Positions 1 to 10,914 of a stretch of 64,000 nucleotides of DNA are shown here, piece after piece. Every line of letters starts with the position of its first letter. Position 1 is the first letter of the stretch. The stretch lies in NCBI GenBank assembly GCA_963850905.1, contig CAWKMU010000003.1, forward strand, positions 128,001-192,000, read 5' to 3'. This DNA comes from an uncultured Gemmatimonadales bacterium. Its GTDB lineage: Bacteria > Gemmatimonadota > Gemmatimonadetes > Gemmatimonadales > Gemmatimonadaceae. A model generated the notes under the pieces. The model was given only the letters and a program-made list of their open reading frames with translations, was not told where the DNA came from and did no database searches. Both the position numbers and the translations under genes were made by a program.

Positions 1-196
1 GAAGCGGAGCCACCGCTCGCGAGGCTGCGTTGGCACCTCCTGCGGCAGCACCGCCTGCGCCCTTGGGGGCGGGGGTTGGGGCCGTCGACGGTCGCGGGCC
101 TCCGCCGCAGGCCATGAGAGCCACAGCCAGGCCGCTCACAATCGCGCCCCTCTGCCACGGTGCCACCATTGCGCGGAAACTAACGGTGTGACGCAT
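1..196 (-). CDS. N-terminal part of a probable lipoprotein (runs off window edge)
   Basis: Manual translation MRHTVSFRAMVAPWQRGAIVSGLAVALMA-CGGGPRPSTAP...: hydrophobic stretch, lipobox-like Cys, Pro/Ala linker; not in the ORF track. Confidence 0.5.
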   Translation of the reverse strand, partial: MRHTVSFRAMVAPWQRGAIVSGLAVALMACGGGPRPSTAPTPAPKGAGGAAAGGANAASRAVAPL

Positions 197-580
197 CTGC
201 GGTTAGGGATGCGCGAGTGGGCCAGCGGCACGCCATGGGAAGATGACGAAGCAGTCGCGAACCAGGTTCCGGGTGACCAACTCCGGAGGGCCGGATACGC
301 GCCGCCACGACATGCTCGCACTGGTACTTCCAACACGCAGAGACCCCGACCCTGACACCCAGGCCTTGTGTCAGGCACCGCGCGTCAGTGCCTATCCGCC
401 CCGCTGGACGTTACTTTCTCACTCCCAGAGTGAGATACCGAGCGCGTTCGCCGATACCCCTACCCCCCTCCCTCCCTGCTTCCTCCCCCGGGCGGTTCCA
501 CCTGCGTCCCGCCGGCGAGGCGCGCCACGACGTGATATGCGAATGACGCCGGTCCCGGGGGTGATGGCAGAGGACCGGCC

Positions 581-1698
581 GTGAGTCCGACCGGCTCGGT
601 TGTGGTTCGAGTGTATGGGTGCTCGGACGTCGGGCGCACACGCGACCACAACGAAGACGCGTTTGTCGTCGCGGATCTCACGACCGCCTCGCCCATCGCG
701 TTTCAGCAGGACTACACCGAGATGCCGGGCGACCATGGCGCGATGTTCATGGTTGCCGACGGCATGGGCGGAGCCGCCGCAGGCGAAATCGCCAGCTCGA
801 TGGCCGTCGACGTCGTGCTCCGCGAGCTGCAGGCACGCTGGAGTGGAGCGACCCCCGAGCCCGATGTCTTTGCAAAGGCGCTGGTGTCCGCGACGAGTAC
901 CGCGAACGACCGGATCCACCTCTTTGCCAAGATCATCCCGAGTATCGCGGGATGGGCACGACCGCCACGGTCGCCGGCATGCTTGGGGATACGCTGTACA
1001 TTGCACAGGTCGGCGACAGCCGCGCATACCTCATCCGAAACGGCCTAGCGCGTCAGATAACGAAGGATCAGTCGCTCATGCAGCGCTTGATCGAGGCCGG
1101 CGAGATCACAGCCGAGGAAGCGGAAGTCAGCGAGCGGCGCAACATCATCCTCCAGGCACTCGGCCCGGAAGCGGCCGTCAAAGTCGACATCACGCACCAG
1201 CAGCTCCGCCGCAGCGACACACTCGTGCTCTGTAGCGACGGCCTCTCGGGCCTCGTGCGCGATCGGGAGATTGCCCAAGCCGTCCTCGAGGAGCCCGATC
1301 TCCGGTCGGTGTGCCTCCGACTGATCGCCGCGGCCAACGAGCGCGGCGGACCGGACAACATCACCGTCGTCGTCGCACACTTCGAGGGACCCGGCCTCTC
1401 GGACGCCGCGGAGACCGATCACGTCGGCCACCAAATCTTCCCAGTCGCCGACGTCGAGCCACCCACCGATCCAGTCGAACCAGCAGCGGCCGACACCGCC
1501 GACCCCAATCAGCCGGACGCCGCTCCCGGACAAGCGCCACCGCCGCCCAAGCGGCAGATGCGCACCAACACCCTCGAGATCGCCCCCCCGCGCCGCGACG
1601 ACACCCCGATACCCATTCGGATCCCCCGGCTGCTCCCGCTCGTCCTCGCCGCGATCGCCGTGATTCTGCTGATCGCCTATTTGATGCGCGTGCGGTAG
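581..1698 (+). CDS. PP2C/Stp1-family Ser/Thr protein phosphatase with C-terminal TM helix (one frameshift near 930)
   Basis: SDVGRTRDHNEDA and VADGMGG in ORF 581..1048; GMGTT, VGDSRAY, LCSDGL, GGPDNITV in ORF 619..1698. Confidence 0.9.
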
Positions 1699-1746
1699 CG
1701 ACGGGCGACGCTTGCGTCCCCGCTGGTCTACGGGCGGTTGGTCGTC

Positions 1747-1797
1747 GTCTACTTTCTACTTTCTGACCTTCAACTTTCTCGAGCGCGAAGCGCCCGC
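1747..1797 (+). repeat. TCTACTT-heptamer + GCGAAGC hairpin element, copy 1 (overlaps anmK 3' end)
   Basis: GTCTACTTTCTACTTTCTGACCTTCAACTTTCTCGAGCGCGAAGCGCCCGC, colinear with copies at 2444 and 35905. Confidence 0.85.
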
Positions 1798-3116
1798 GCC
1801 GCTGGGCGTCAGCTTCCCCAACACCCGCGGTCCCCGCGCACCGGTGGCACTGGGGACGTTGCCCGGCCTGCCCCGCAAGGTGGAGCGCGGCCAGAAGCGC
1901 AAAGGCGACAGCCTCCTTGGCCTCGCCATCGAAGTACACCGCATTCGAAGAGGCGCACCACGCGCGGGGCGAGCGCGCGCGTCAGCGCGTCCACAAGGGC
2001 GGGATTGCGTGCACCACCCCCCGAGAGCAGCACGTCGGTCACCGGCTCCGCGACGAAGCGACGGTAGGCGTCCGCGATGCTGCGCGAGGTCAGACTCACC
2101 GCCGTCGCGACAACGTCCGCATCGCTCGCGTGCGGCGCCGCCGTCCGGCATCGCGTGAGGAACGCAGCGGCATACGCCGCACCGAAATGCTCCCGCCCTG
2201 TGGTCTTGGGGGGTGACGCCACGAAGTACGGGTCCTGGAGCAGTGTGTCGACAACACCCGGGATAGGCGTACCCGCGCGTGCCATGGCGCCGCCGTCGTC
2301 ATATCGCTGATCGGGCCGCAACGCACGCACGACACCGTCGATCACGATCACCCCCGGCCCGGTGTCGAACGCACGCACGAGCGAGAGGGAGTTGCCCGGA
2401 CTTTCGCGAGCCGCGCGAGCCTCCAACGGCCTCGAAGCGCGTGGTCTACTTTCTACTTTCCGAGGTTCTACTCTCTCGGCCGCGAAGCGGCCGGGGGGAC
2501 GACCGTCAGGTTGCCGATGCCGCCCAGGTTCTGCAGCGCGCGCCAGTCGTGACGCGACCCAAAGAGGACCGCGTCCGCCATCGGCACCAGCGGCGCCCCC
2601 TGCCCCGCGGCCGCCACGTCGCGCACGCGGAAATCGCTGACGACATCGAGCCCCGTTCGCTCCGCGATGACTGCAGCCTCGCCGATTTGCCAGGTCGAAC
2701 GTCCCGGCTCGTGCCAGACAGTCTGCCCATGCGACGCAATGGCGCGGACCCGTGTGCGAGGCACTCGCGCGGTCTCGAGCAGCTCGTTGGCCGCATCCGC
2801 CAGCCACCCTCCGAGATCAAAGCCGAGCTGGCACCACTCGGCTGCGCTCACCCCTCCCTGAATCGCGCGCTCGAGCCGCCCGCGCTCGTCCGAGGTATAC
2901 GGACGCACCCGGTGAGCGAGCAGCTCGCAGCGAGTCGGTCGCCCATCCCGGCGGCCTCCCATGAATTCCACCGCGGCCGCAGTGATGCCGTCCAGCGACG
3001 TGCCGGACATGAGCCCCACAAAGACCTGGCGCTGCCTCGCGGCCCCGCTCCTGCTGCGCGCGAGGCGTTCGCGCGCGCCCTCTCCCCGCGTCCGAGTGAC
3101 GACGACCCGGGCTCAC
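1756..3116 (-). CDS. anmK: anhydro-N-acetylmuramic acid kinase (frameshifts near 2495, 1945, 1872 and probably in the N-terminus)
   Basis: GLMSGTSLDG, SHGQTVWH, GQGAPLVP, NLGGIGN, FDTGPG, PKTTGREHFG, SGGGARN, KEAVAFA, GNVPSATGA spread over 4 ORFs; directly downstream of murQ. Confidence 0.9.
2444..2494 (+). repeat. TCTACTT-heptamer + GCGAAGC hairpin element, copy 2 (inside anmK)
   Basis: GTCTACTTTCTACTTTCCGAGGTTCTACTCTCTCGGCCGCGAAGCGGCCGG. Confidence 0.85.
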
Positions 3117-4054
3117 GCGACGCCGGGCGGTGGGCCAGGCACGACGCGTCGGACCACCCCACCGACCGCCTCGAGCCGACGCTCAGCCTCCGCTTGGTCG
3201 ATTCCAAGCGCCTGCATCACGATCGCGGTCTTCACTCGACCGTCAGCCGCGTCGAGCAGGACACGCGCTTGCCCCCGCGGGATACCACACACCTCGACAA
3301 TGATGCGTTCGCTCCGGGCGCGCAGCTTCGCGTTGCTGGCGCGCAGATCCACCATGAGGTTCCCGTACGTCTTGCCCAACCGAATCATCGCGCCGGTGCT
3401 GATCATGTTGAGCACGAGCTTGGTTGCGGTGCCCGCCTTGAGCCGCGTGGAGCCGGTGACCACCTCCGGCCCGACGATCGGCAGGATGGGGACGTCGACG
3501 ACGGCCAATAACTCCGCCGGCGGCGGCGAGCAGGCGATCAGCGCGGTTCGGGCACCCCGCTCATGCGCATGCACCAGCGCACCCTGTACGTACGGCGTCG
3601 CCCCGGACGCGGCGATCCCGACCACAAGGTCGCGCGCGGTCAAGCCGCGACGCTCGAGGTCGTGCGCCCCCGTCTCGGGACGGTCTTCTGCACCTTCCTG
3701 CGCACGCATCAACGCAGGCGGCCCACCAGCGATGAGGCCCTGAACCAGCTCCGGATCCGTTCCGAAGGTTGGCGGACACTCGCTGGCATCCAGGACACCA
3801 AGCCTGCCAGATGTACCGGCGCCTACATAGAAGAGTCGGCCGCCTGCACGGAACGCGGCCTCGGCCAGATCGATCGCTTGCGCGATGACGACACGTTGGC
3901 TCGCCACGGCCGCCGGAACCGAGGCGTCTTCAGCGGCCATGAGGTCGACGATCTCGAGCGCGGACGCCAGATCGATATCGACCGTGCGCGGGTTGCGGTG
4001 CTCCGTGAGACTCAGGTCGGCGGGATGCACCACGCGGTTCGCCTGTCGCGGCAT
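3113..4054 (-). CDS. murQ: N-acetylmuramic acid 6-phosphate etherase
   Basis: TEHRNP, GAGTSGRLGVLDASECPPTF, GPEVVTGSTRLKAGTATK, GKTYGNLMVD. Confidence 0.97.
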   Translation of the reverse strand: MPRQANRVVHPADLSLTEHRNPRTVDIDLASALEIVDLMAAEDASVPAAVASQRVVIAQAIDLAEAAFRAGGRLFYVGAGTSGRLGVLDASECPPTFGTDPELVQGLIAGGPPALMRAQEGAEDRPETGAHDLERRGLTARDLVVGIAASGATPYVQGALVHAHERGARTALIACSPPPAELLAVVDVPILPIVGPEVVTGSTRLKAGTATKLVLNMISTGAMIRLGKTYGNLMVDLRASNAKLRARSERIIVEVCGIPRGQARVLLDAADGRVKTAIVMQALGIDQAEAERRLEAVGGVVRRVVPGPPPGVA

Positions 4055-4080
4055 TGGCGTGCGGGCTAAGTTACCGAGCG

Positions 4081-5899
4081 ATGATCACGTCCCGCAAGCA
4101 AGTTCGCATGGCGATGCCACATGGCCGTCGCCAGCATCGCGCCGTTCTCGCCACCGCGGGCGCGAGTCTGCTTGTCGTCATCGCGGCGTGTCAGTCGCAG
4201 CCACCGCAACACGGCGTCGCGCCCGCAGCCGTGGCGACGTCACGCGTCCACGCCCCGCTCGCGGCGTCAAGCACCTCCTGGACGCTCGGCGAAGGCCGGA
4301 GCGCCACCCTCGCGCCCCACGCAATGATCGCCAGCAATAGTCAGTTGGCGAGCGCCGCAGGCGTCGAGATCCTGCGTCAGGGCGGAAACGCCGTCGACGC
4401 GGCCGTCGCGGTCGGGTTCGCGTTGGCCGTCACCCATCCGGAGGCCGGCAACATTGGTGGCGGCGGATTCATGGTCATCCGGATGACCGACGGACGCACC
4501 GCGGCATTCGACTACCGCGAGGTCGCCCCACTGGCGGCGACGCGCGATATGTACGTGCGGCCCGACGGCGGTCCGTCGCGCGAGAAGCATCGTGGGGCCC
4601 AAGGCGTCGGGCGTCCCCGGATCGGTTGCAGGCATGAGTGCCGCTCTGCAGGCCTTTGGCCGCCTCCCCCTGCGCACGGTCATCGCCCCCGCCCTCCGGC
4701 TCGCACGCGACGGCTTCATTGTGGACTCGGCCTTCGCTCGCTCGATCGCCGGCTCGCGCGCGGAGATCACGCCCTATGCGGGCGCCGCGGTGTTTCTCCC
4801 GGGTGGCGAGCCGCCACCCGTCGGGTCGCGCTTCGTGCAGCCCACCCTCGCTCGGACCCTCCAGCAGATTGCGGATCAGGGACCGGACGCGTTCTATCAC
4901 GGACCCATTGGCGCGGCGCTCGCCGATGAGATGCGGCGCGATGGTGGCCTCATCACGATGGAAGATCTCGCGCGATACCAGGCCGTGCGCCGTACGCCGC
5001 TCGTCGGCAGCTATCGCGGATACACGATGCTGACCATGCCGCCGGTGTCGTCGGGTGGAGTAACTGTGCTCGAGACGCTCAACATCCTCGAGACGTTCGA
5101 TCGACTCCCCCCGTTTGGCTCGACCGAATACGTGCACGTGCTGGGCGATGCGTTCCAGCGCGCGTTCATTGACCGCAACGGGAAGCTCGGCGACCCCGCG
5201 TTCGTGGACATTCCTCTCGATCGCCTGACGAGCAAAGCGTACGCGCAGCAGGTGCGCGCCACGATCGCGTCCGACCGCGCGACGCCCACGAGCCGGCTGG
5301 TGCCAGAGCTGCAGGAAGGCTCGCAGACCACGCACTACTCCGTCGTCGATGCCAATGGAAATGCCGTCTCGACCACCACGACACTGAACAACCTCTTCGG
5401 TTCCGGCGTCTACGTGCGCGACGCGGGCTTTTTCCTCAATGACGAGATGGATGACTTCGCGACGCGCCCCGGACGGCCAAACATGTTCGGGCTGGTCGAG
5501 GGTCCGCAGAACGCCATCGCGCCTGGCAAGCGGATGCTGAGCTCGATGTCGCCCACCATCGTCCTGGATTCGACCGGATCCGTGTTCCTCGTCGTCGGCG
5601 CCCGCGGCGGCCCTCGCATCATCACCAGCACCGCGCAGGTCATCGTCAATGCGATCGACTACCACATGGGCCTCATGGAAGCGCTGTCCGCCCCGCGCAT
5701 CCACGATCAGGCGCGCCCCGATTCGCTCCACTACGATCGCGGTGGTCTCGCGCAGCCCGTGCTCGACTCCTTGAGCACCATGGGCTACACGACGATCTCC
5801 GGCACCGCGAGTGGGACGTGCACCGCCGTCATGCGCACGACCGGCGGCTGGGCCGGCGCCGTCGATCCCCGCGCCACCGGCGGCGCGGTAGGATACTGA
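4081..5899 (+). CDS. ggt: gamma-glutamyltransferase, lipoprotein-type signal (frameshift near 4570-4590)
   Basis: GGNAVDAAVA, AGNIGGGGF, FDYRE; then GVPGSVAG, TTHYSVVD (nucleophile Thr), LNDEMDDF, KRMLSSMSP. Confidence 0.93.
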
Positions 5900-5975
5900 G
5901 CCGCCGCCTCCTGCCTTCTCTCTGTTCTGCCCTCTTGACGGGCGCGTCGCGGTATCCAAGATCTCACCGTCTGAC

Positions 5976-6084
5976 CAGGGGTCAGGGAACAAATCGAAAG
6001 GCCGATCACGCTGCACAGTGAACGGCCTTGGACCGGTAGGGGCGACGCATTGCGTCGCCCGTTGTAGTCGTTGCGGTTGTCGTT
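5976..6084 (+). repeat. composite REP element (heptamer arm + hairpin + GTAG REP at 6036-6060)
   Basis: 5976-6062 nearly identical to 28796-28882. Confidence 0.85.
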
Positions 6085-6098
6085 CGTCTAGCGCCCCT

Positions 6099-6779
6099 CT
6101 ACGGCCCATCCACGTCAGCGACCGTTATCCGCCCCTGTCGCGGAATGCACACATCGAATGCCGCACCCGATGGGCGCGGATCACCGCCTGTACTGACACT
6201 GGAAGGTTGCAGGCCGTGGCTGAGTGGGTCGACCAGCATGCGGTCGTCCCGCGCGCGGCTCTCGATCTGTCCGGGGGCGGCCACCGCTCGCGGTCGACGC
6301 ACTCGTCGCGTCGCAACTGATTTGATGTGCGCGGTTGCCGGATAGCGGACGCCGTCGATGTCGAGCGAATCGAGCGCGATGCCGACCTGGGCAGCGCCAG
6401 GGTCTGCGGCACTCGGCGGCGTGACCGCCGTGACCCTGAAAGTCGCCAGCGAGCCCGCAGGGATGATGGCGCCGCTCGGTGCGTGAGCGGTGTCGGTGAC
6501 CGTCGCCGTGAAGCTGTCGCCGGCATGGTAGGCACTGGCGCACACACTGACATTCGAGAGCAGCACGACAGTCGCACCTGATGGGACGCTGCCACGCTTT
6601 CGCGGACCCGCAGAGACACTGAGGGCGAGGCTGCCGGTGGCAACAGCGACCGTTCGCGCCTCGCCGACCGCACGTCGACCGCTATCGTGCGACGCCCCAC
6701 ACGCACCGTCGCATACCGCGACACCAATCGCCATGCACAAGGCCAGCGGTCGGGTCTGCAGCCCGATATATTGCGGCAT
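6099..6779 (-). CDS. hypothetical exported beta-rich protein (loosely TrbI/VirB10-like repeats VPSGAT / IPAGS)
   Basis: 226-aa ORF, N-terminal hydrophobic/Cys segment, GDSFTATV...AIIPAGS pattern. Confidence 0.5.
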   Translation of the reverse strand: MPQYIGLQTRPLALCMAIGVAVCDGACGASHDSGRRAVGEARTVAVATGSLALSVSAGPRKRGSVPSGATVVLLSNVSVCASAYHAGDSFTATVTDTAHAPSGAIIPAGSLATFRVTAVTPPSAADPGAAQVGIALDSLDIDGVRYPATAHIKSVATRRVRRPRAVAAPGQIESRARDDRMLVDPLSHGLQPSSVSTGGDPRPSGAAFDVCIPRQGRITVADVDGP

Positions 6780-6854
6780 CGACTGTCCCTCGCCTGCGCG
6801 CCAAATTCAGTGCGCGACCGCCGGGATGCGGCGACGCACACGCGGGCAAAGCAT

Positions 6855-8702
6855 ATGCCAGGTCTGAGTTCCCTTCGCTCGTTATGGCCCTACATGCGCC
6901 CATGGCGCATGCGGCTGGCGCTCGGTCTCTGCTGCGCGATCGCCGCGGCGCCCTTCGCGCCATTGGGCACCTGGTTTCTCACCAAGGCGATCAACGATCT
7001 CAATCATCACGCGCCGCTCCGTCAGACGTACGGGATGGCCGCACTGATCATCGTCGCGTCGCTCGCCAGCGCACCGTTTCGTTACGCGATGCGCGAGTTG
7101 TTGAACGGTGTGAGCCGATACGTCGAGTACGACCTCCGCAACGCACTGTTTACGCACCTGGAGCGCCTCGACGCGGCGTATTTCGGCCGCACGCGCACCG
7201 GCGACATCATGGCGCGACTGACGAACGATCTGGCGGCCGTCCGCGTCGCGGCAGGGCCTGCCATCATGTATCTCGTCAGTACCATCGCGGGCGCGCTGTT
7301 CACGCTCGGGTTCATGCTGCGCATCAGCCCGCGGCTCACCGGTCTTACCCTACTGCCGATGGCCATCCTGCCGATCATGATGGTTCGGCTCGGGCGGGCA
7401 ATCCACGAGCGCTTTGAGGCGGTACAGGACCAGTTCGGTACCTTGACCACGCGCACCCAGGAAAACCTGTCGGGCACGCGCATCGTCCGCGCGTATCGCC
7501 AGGAGGCCGCCGAGATCGCGCGATTCGCTGGACTGAACGACGAGTATCTCGTGCGGAACATGCGGCTCGCCACGCTGAACGGCATCATGAGTCCGAGCTT
7601 CACGATACTCGCTGGACTAGGCGCCGTCGTCGTGCTCGGTGCCGGTGGCGTCCTCGTTGTGCATGGCACGATCAACGTGGGGGAGTTCGTCGGGTTTTCC
7701 ATCCTGCTCTCCATGCTGACCTGGCCGCTCATTGCGCTCGGGTACGTGGTCAATCTGTTCGAGCGCGGGGCCGCGTCGATGGGCCGTCTCAATGAGATCT
7801 TCAATGTGCAGCCGACGATCGTCGACCCGCCGCACCCACTCGCACTGCCGCCACTGGCGCCGAGTGCACGCGGGCGAACGCTCGAGTTCCGCAATGTGAG
7901 CTTTCACTACCCCACCCGTCCGGGCGAGCCAGTCCGGCCAGTGCTGCGCGATATCTCCTTCACGGTCCCGGCAGGTACGACACTGGGCGTCGTCGGCGCG
8001 ACCGGCAGCGGCAAGAGCGCGCTCATCGATCTCATCCCGCGTCTCTTCGACCCTCAGGCCGGGGACATCCTCATCGACGGGGTGCCCATTCGCGAGCTGC
8101 GCGTGTCCGAGCTGCGGCGCGAGATCGGCATCGTCCCGCAGGAGAGTCTACTCTTCAGCGATACGATCGCCGCGAATCTCGCCTACGGCCGACCGGACCA
8201 GGACCTGAAGGCGCTGTCATCGCTGACGGATGCCGCGGATGCCGAGGTGGGCAGGCCTTTCACGCCGGATGAGCAAACCCGTTGGGCCGCCAATGTCGCC
8301 CAACTGGACGAGACGGTGATGCAGTTCCCCGGAGGTTATGGCACCATGCTCGGGGAGCGCGGCATCAACCTCTCCGGAGGACAGAAGCAGCGCACCGCAC
8401 TCGCGCGTGCCCTCGCCCGACGCCCCGCCATCGTGTTGCTCGACGATGCACTCTCGGCCGTGGATACCCATACCGAGGCGGAGATCCTCCGAGCACTCCG
8501 CGATGCCGTCAGCGGCCGGACTGCGATCATCGCCTCCCACCGTGTGAGTGCTATTCGGGATGCAACCTGGATCATCGTGCTCGACGAGGGGCGCATCGTC
8601 GAGCACGGCCGGCACGAGGAGCTGCTCGCACTCGAAGGGCGATACTGGTCGCTGCTCAGACGGCAGCAACTCGTCGAAGCGGTCGAACAGGACGCGGCAT
8701 GA
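6855..8702 (+). CDS. ABC exporter, fused TMD-NBD (MdlA/MsbA-like)
   Basis: TM helices, GATGSGKS Walker A, LSGGQKQR signature, LLDD Walker B, SHR. Confidence 0.95.
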   Translation: MPGLSSLRSLWPYMRPWRMRLALGLCCAIAAAPFAPLGTWFLTKAINDLNHHAPLRQTYGMAALIIVASLASAPFRYAMRELLNGVSRYVEYDLRNALFTHLERLDAAYFGRTRTGDIMARLTNDLAAVRVAAGPAIMYLVSTIAGALFTLGFMLRISPRLTGLTLLPMAILPIMMVRLGRAIHERFEAVQDQFGTLTTRTQENLSGTRIVRAYRQEAAEIARFAGLNDEYLVRNMRLATLNGIMSPSFTILAGLGAVVVLGAGGVLVVHGTINVGEFVGFSILLSMLTWPLIALGYVVNLFERGAASMGRLNEIFNVQPTIVDPPHPLALPPLAPSARGRTLEFRNVSFHYPTRPGEPVRPVLRDISFTVPAGTTLGVVGATGSGKSALIDLIPRLFDPQAGDILIDGVPIRELRVSELRREIGIVPQESLLFSDTIAANLAYGRPDQDLKALSSLTDAADAEVGRPFTPDEQTRWAANVAQLDETVMQFPGGYGTMLGERGINLSGGQKQRTALARALARRPAIVLLDDALSAVDTHTEAEILRALRDAVSGRTAIIASHRVSAIRDATWIIVLDEGRIVEHGRHEELLALEGRYWSLLRRQQLVEAVEQDAA

Positions 8703-9094
8703 CGACGCCCCAACCGTCAGAAGCGCAGGCGTCGCAACCGGAGGTGCTCGTCGTCGAAGACAACATGCTCGCCGCCGATGCCCTGCGCCTGCTGCTCGAG
8801 ACCCAGGGGTACCGCGTGCGGATTGCCGCGTCCGTCGCCGAGACGGTGCGCGCGTGCGCTGACCACCCCGTCGACCTCATGCTGCTCGACCTGACGCTGC
8901 CCGACGGCAGTGGCCTCGACGCATTGGCAACCGCCGCAGCCGATGGGACGACACCCCGGATCATCGTCGCGCTCACCGGCCATGATGATCGCGTATTGAC
9001 CGAACGGTGCCGGCGAGCCGGATGTCGCGAGGTGCTCCTGAAGCCGGTTCAGCCGCGAGAGCTGCTCGGGCGCGTTGCGGGATGGCTCGCGTGA
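8699..9094 (+). CDS. single-domain response regulator (CheY-like)
   Basis: VLVVEDN, LLDLTLPDGSG, ALTG, LLKP; ATGA-coupled to the ABC gene. Confidence 0.9.
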   Translation: MTTPQPSEAQASQPEVLVVEDNMLAADALRLLLETQGYRVRIAASVAETVRACADHPVDLMLLDLTLPDGSGLDALATAAADGTTPRIIVALTGHDDRVLTERCRRAGCREVLLKPVQPRELLGRVAGWLA

Positions 9095-10914
9095 CGCAGT
9101 TCGTCGAGCGCCGACAGCACCGCCGCGCCGGGCCGATCATCCGGTGGTACTACACGCTCAAGTATGGCGCCTTCCGGAGTGAGCGCCGCCCGCGCGACGG
9201 GCGGCGCGGCCTGCTCGCGCTGCAGATCGACGCGCTGGCCTATGCCGATTTGCGTCGTGCGATCCGTCGCGGGTACTGTCCGACGATCACCCGACTGTTG
9301 CGCGAGCAGGGCTACACACTCCGGCGCTGGTTCTCGGGGCTCCCCTCCGCCACACCGTACTGCCAGGCCGGCATCTTCTACGGCGAGAACGCCGGCATCC
9401 CTGCCTTTCGGTTCTACGACAAGCTCCTGCGCCGCGTCATCACCTGCAATGCACCCGAGGGCGTGCAGTACATCCACGACCGGATCACGGCGCCCGGCGC
9501 GTTGGCGGGCGGGTCGAGTTACGTCAACCTGTTGGACGGTGACGCCCAAACCGTCGCGTTCACCGTCGCAACCCGACAACGCATGTCCGTCTACCGCAGG
9601 CTGGGCGGTACGCGCATGCTCCTGCTCATCGCCCTCCACCCCATCCGGATGCTCCGGATCGGCGTGGTTTCGGTCGTGGAGTGGCTGCGGGAAGAGTGGG
9701 AGCGAATGTGGGGTGAGCTGAGCGGTCGAGTGACTCACTCGGAAGGGATTTTTCCCTTCCTGCGCATCCTCAGCAACGTCGTCGTGCGCGAGCTCCAGAC
9801 GATGGCGATCCTGCTCGACCTCTACCTCGGCGTGCCCGTCATTTACAGCACCTTCATGCAGTACGACGAGCTCGCCCATCACTTCGGCCCGCGGAGCCGC
9901 CAGGCGCTCGCCGATCTCAAGCGAACGGACGCGAGAATCAAGGAGCTGTTGCGCATGGTGCGCGTCGCGGCCGGCCGCGGCTATGACGTCGTGATCCTGT
10001 CGGACCACGGGATGACGCCGGCCTTGAGCTATCGGGTTGCCTTTCGCGAGTCGTTGGGCACGACCGTCGCCAGCATCCTCGCCGGTGACACCACACGGCC
10101 TGGACGTCACTCGCTGCACACCGTCGCGAGCTTCGCCGAAGACAGCGAATACGCCGACGTGGGCGCCCAGGTCCTCGATGCGGCAGCGCTCGTCGCGCCG
10201 CCCGACTACGGACGCGTCCGTCATGCGCTGCGCCGCGCCCGTGACTGGATGCGCCAGCACTACGGGCTCCGCGAGATCATCCTCCCCGAGAAGTACCGCG
10301 TCGACATTCGAAACGCCGTCGTGGTGACCTACAGCTCCTGCCTCGCCCAGCTGTACTTCGCCGACGATGAACGCCCACTGACCCGCGCCGACGTCACGGG
10401 CGACCCGCGGCGTTCGCACCTCTACGCCAGGCTCCTCGGCCACCTGGGCATTGGCCTCATCGCCACGCGGATCGCCGATGGCGTGCACGTCGAGAGCCGG
10501 CGTGGCCGCGCGATCATTCGCTCGGGCCGACTCGACGTGACCGCGGGGACCAATCCGCTAGCGCCGTATGGCCAAGACGAGCGCACCGCGCGAGCGGTGG
10601 AGTCGTTGGTCCGCCAACCCAATGGCGGAGATCTCGTGCTGTTCGGCGCGTATGACGGCGATGAGATCGTGTCCTTCGACGATCAGGTTGGCGCCCACGG
10701 CTGCGTGGGAGGCGACCAGACCTTCCCGTTTCTCATTACCCCGCCCCAGCTCGACCTGTCGGGCGCCTCCATCGAAGACGCCCGGGACATTCACCGGGTC
10801 ATCATGGCGCGCTATGCCGTGCCGTCGCGCCCGGAAATGTCGTCTGCGAGTGGCCGTGCGGGAGGCGGTGGCGACTCGCGAGAAGTCGCATCCCGCTCCG
10901 GCGCCGCCGCGTGA
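9091..10914 (+). CDS. alkaline phosphatase superfamily / nucleotide pyrophosphatase-phosphodiesterase
   Basis: QIDAL, PSATPYCQAGI, YDELAHHFGP, SDHG, GAHG motifs; GTGA overlap with the regulator. Confidence 0.82.
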   Translation: MTQFVERRQHRRAGPIIRWYYTLKYGAFRSERRPRDGRRGLLALQIDALAYADLRRAIRRGYCPTITRLLREQGYTLRRWFSGLPSATPYCQAGIFYGENAGIPAFRFYDKLLRRVITCNAPEGVQYIHDRITAPGALAGGSSYVNLLDGDAQTVAFTVATRQRMSVYRRLGGTRMLLLIALHPIRMLRIGVVSVVEWLREEWERMWGELSGRVTHSEGIFPFLRILSNVVVRELQTMAILLDLYLGVPVIYSTFMQYDELAHHFGPRSRQALADLKRTDARIKELLRMVRVAAGRGYDVVILSDHGMTPALSYRVAFRESLGTTVASILAGDTTRPGRHSLHTVASFAEDSEYADVGAQVLDAAALVAPPDYGRVRHALRRARDWMRQHYGLREIILPEKYRVDIRNAVVVTYSSCLAQLYFADDERPLTRADVTGDPRRSHLYARLLGHLGIGLIATRIADGVHVESRRGRAIIRSGRLDVTAGTNPLAPYGQDERTARAVESLVRQPNGGDLVLFGAYDGDEIVSFDDQVGAHGCVGGDQTFPFLITPPQLDLSGASIEDARDIHRVIMARYAVPSRPEMSSASGRAGGGGDSREVASRSGAAA

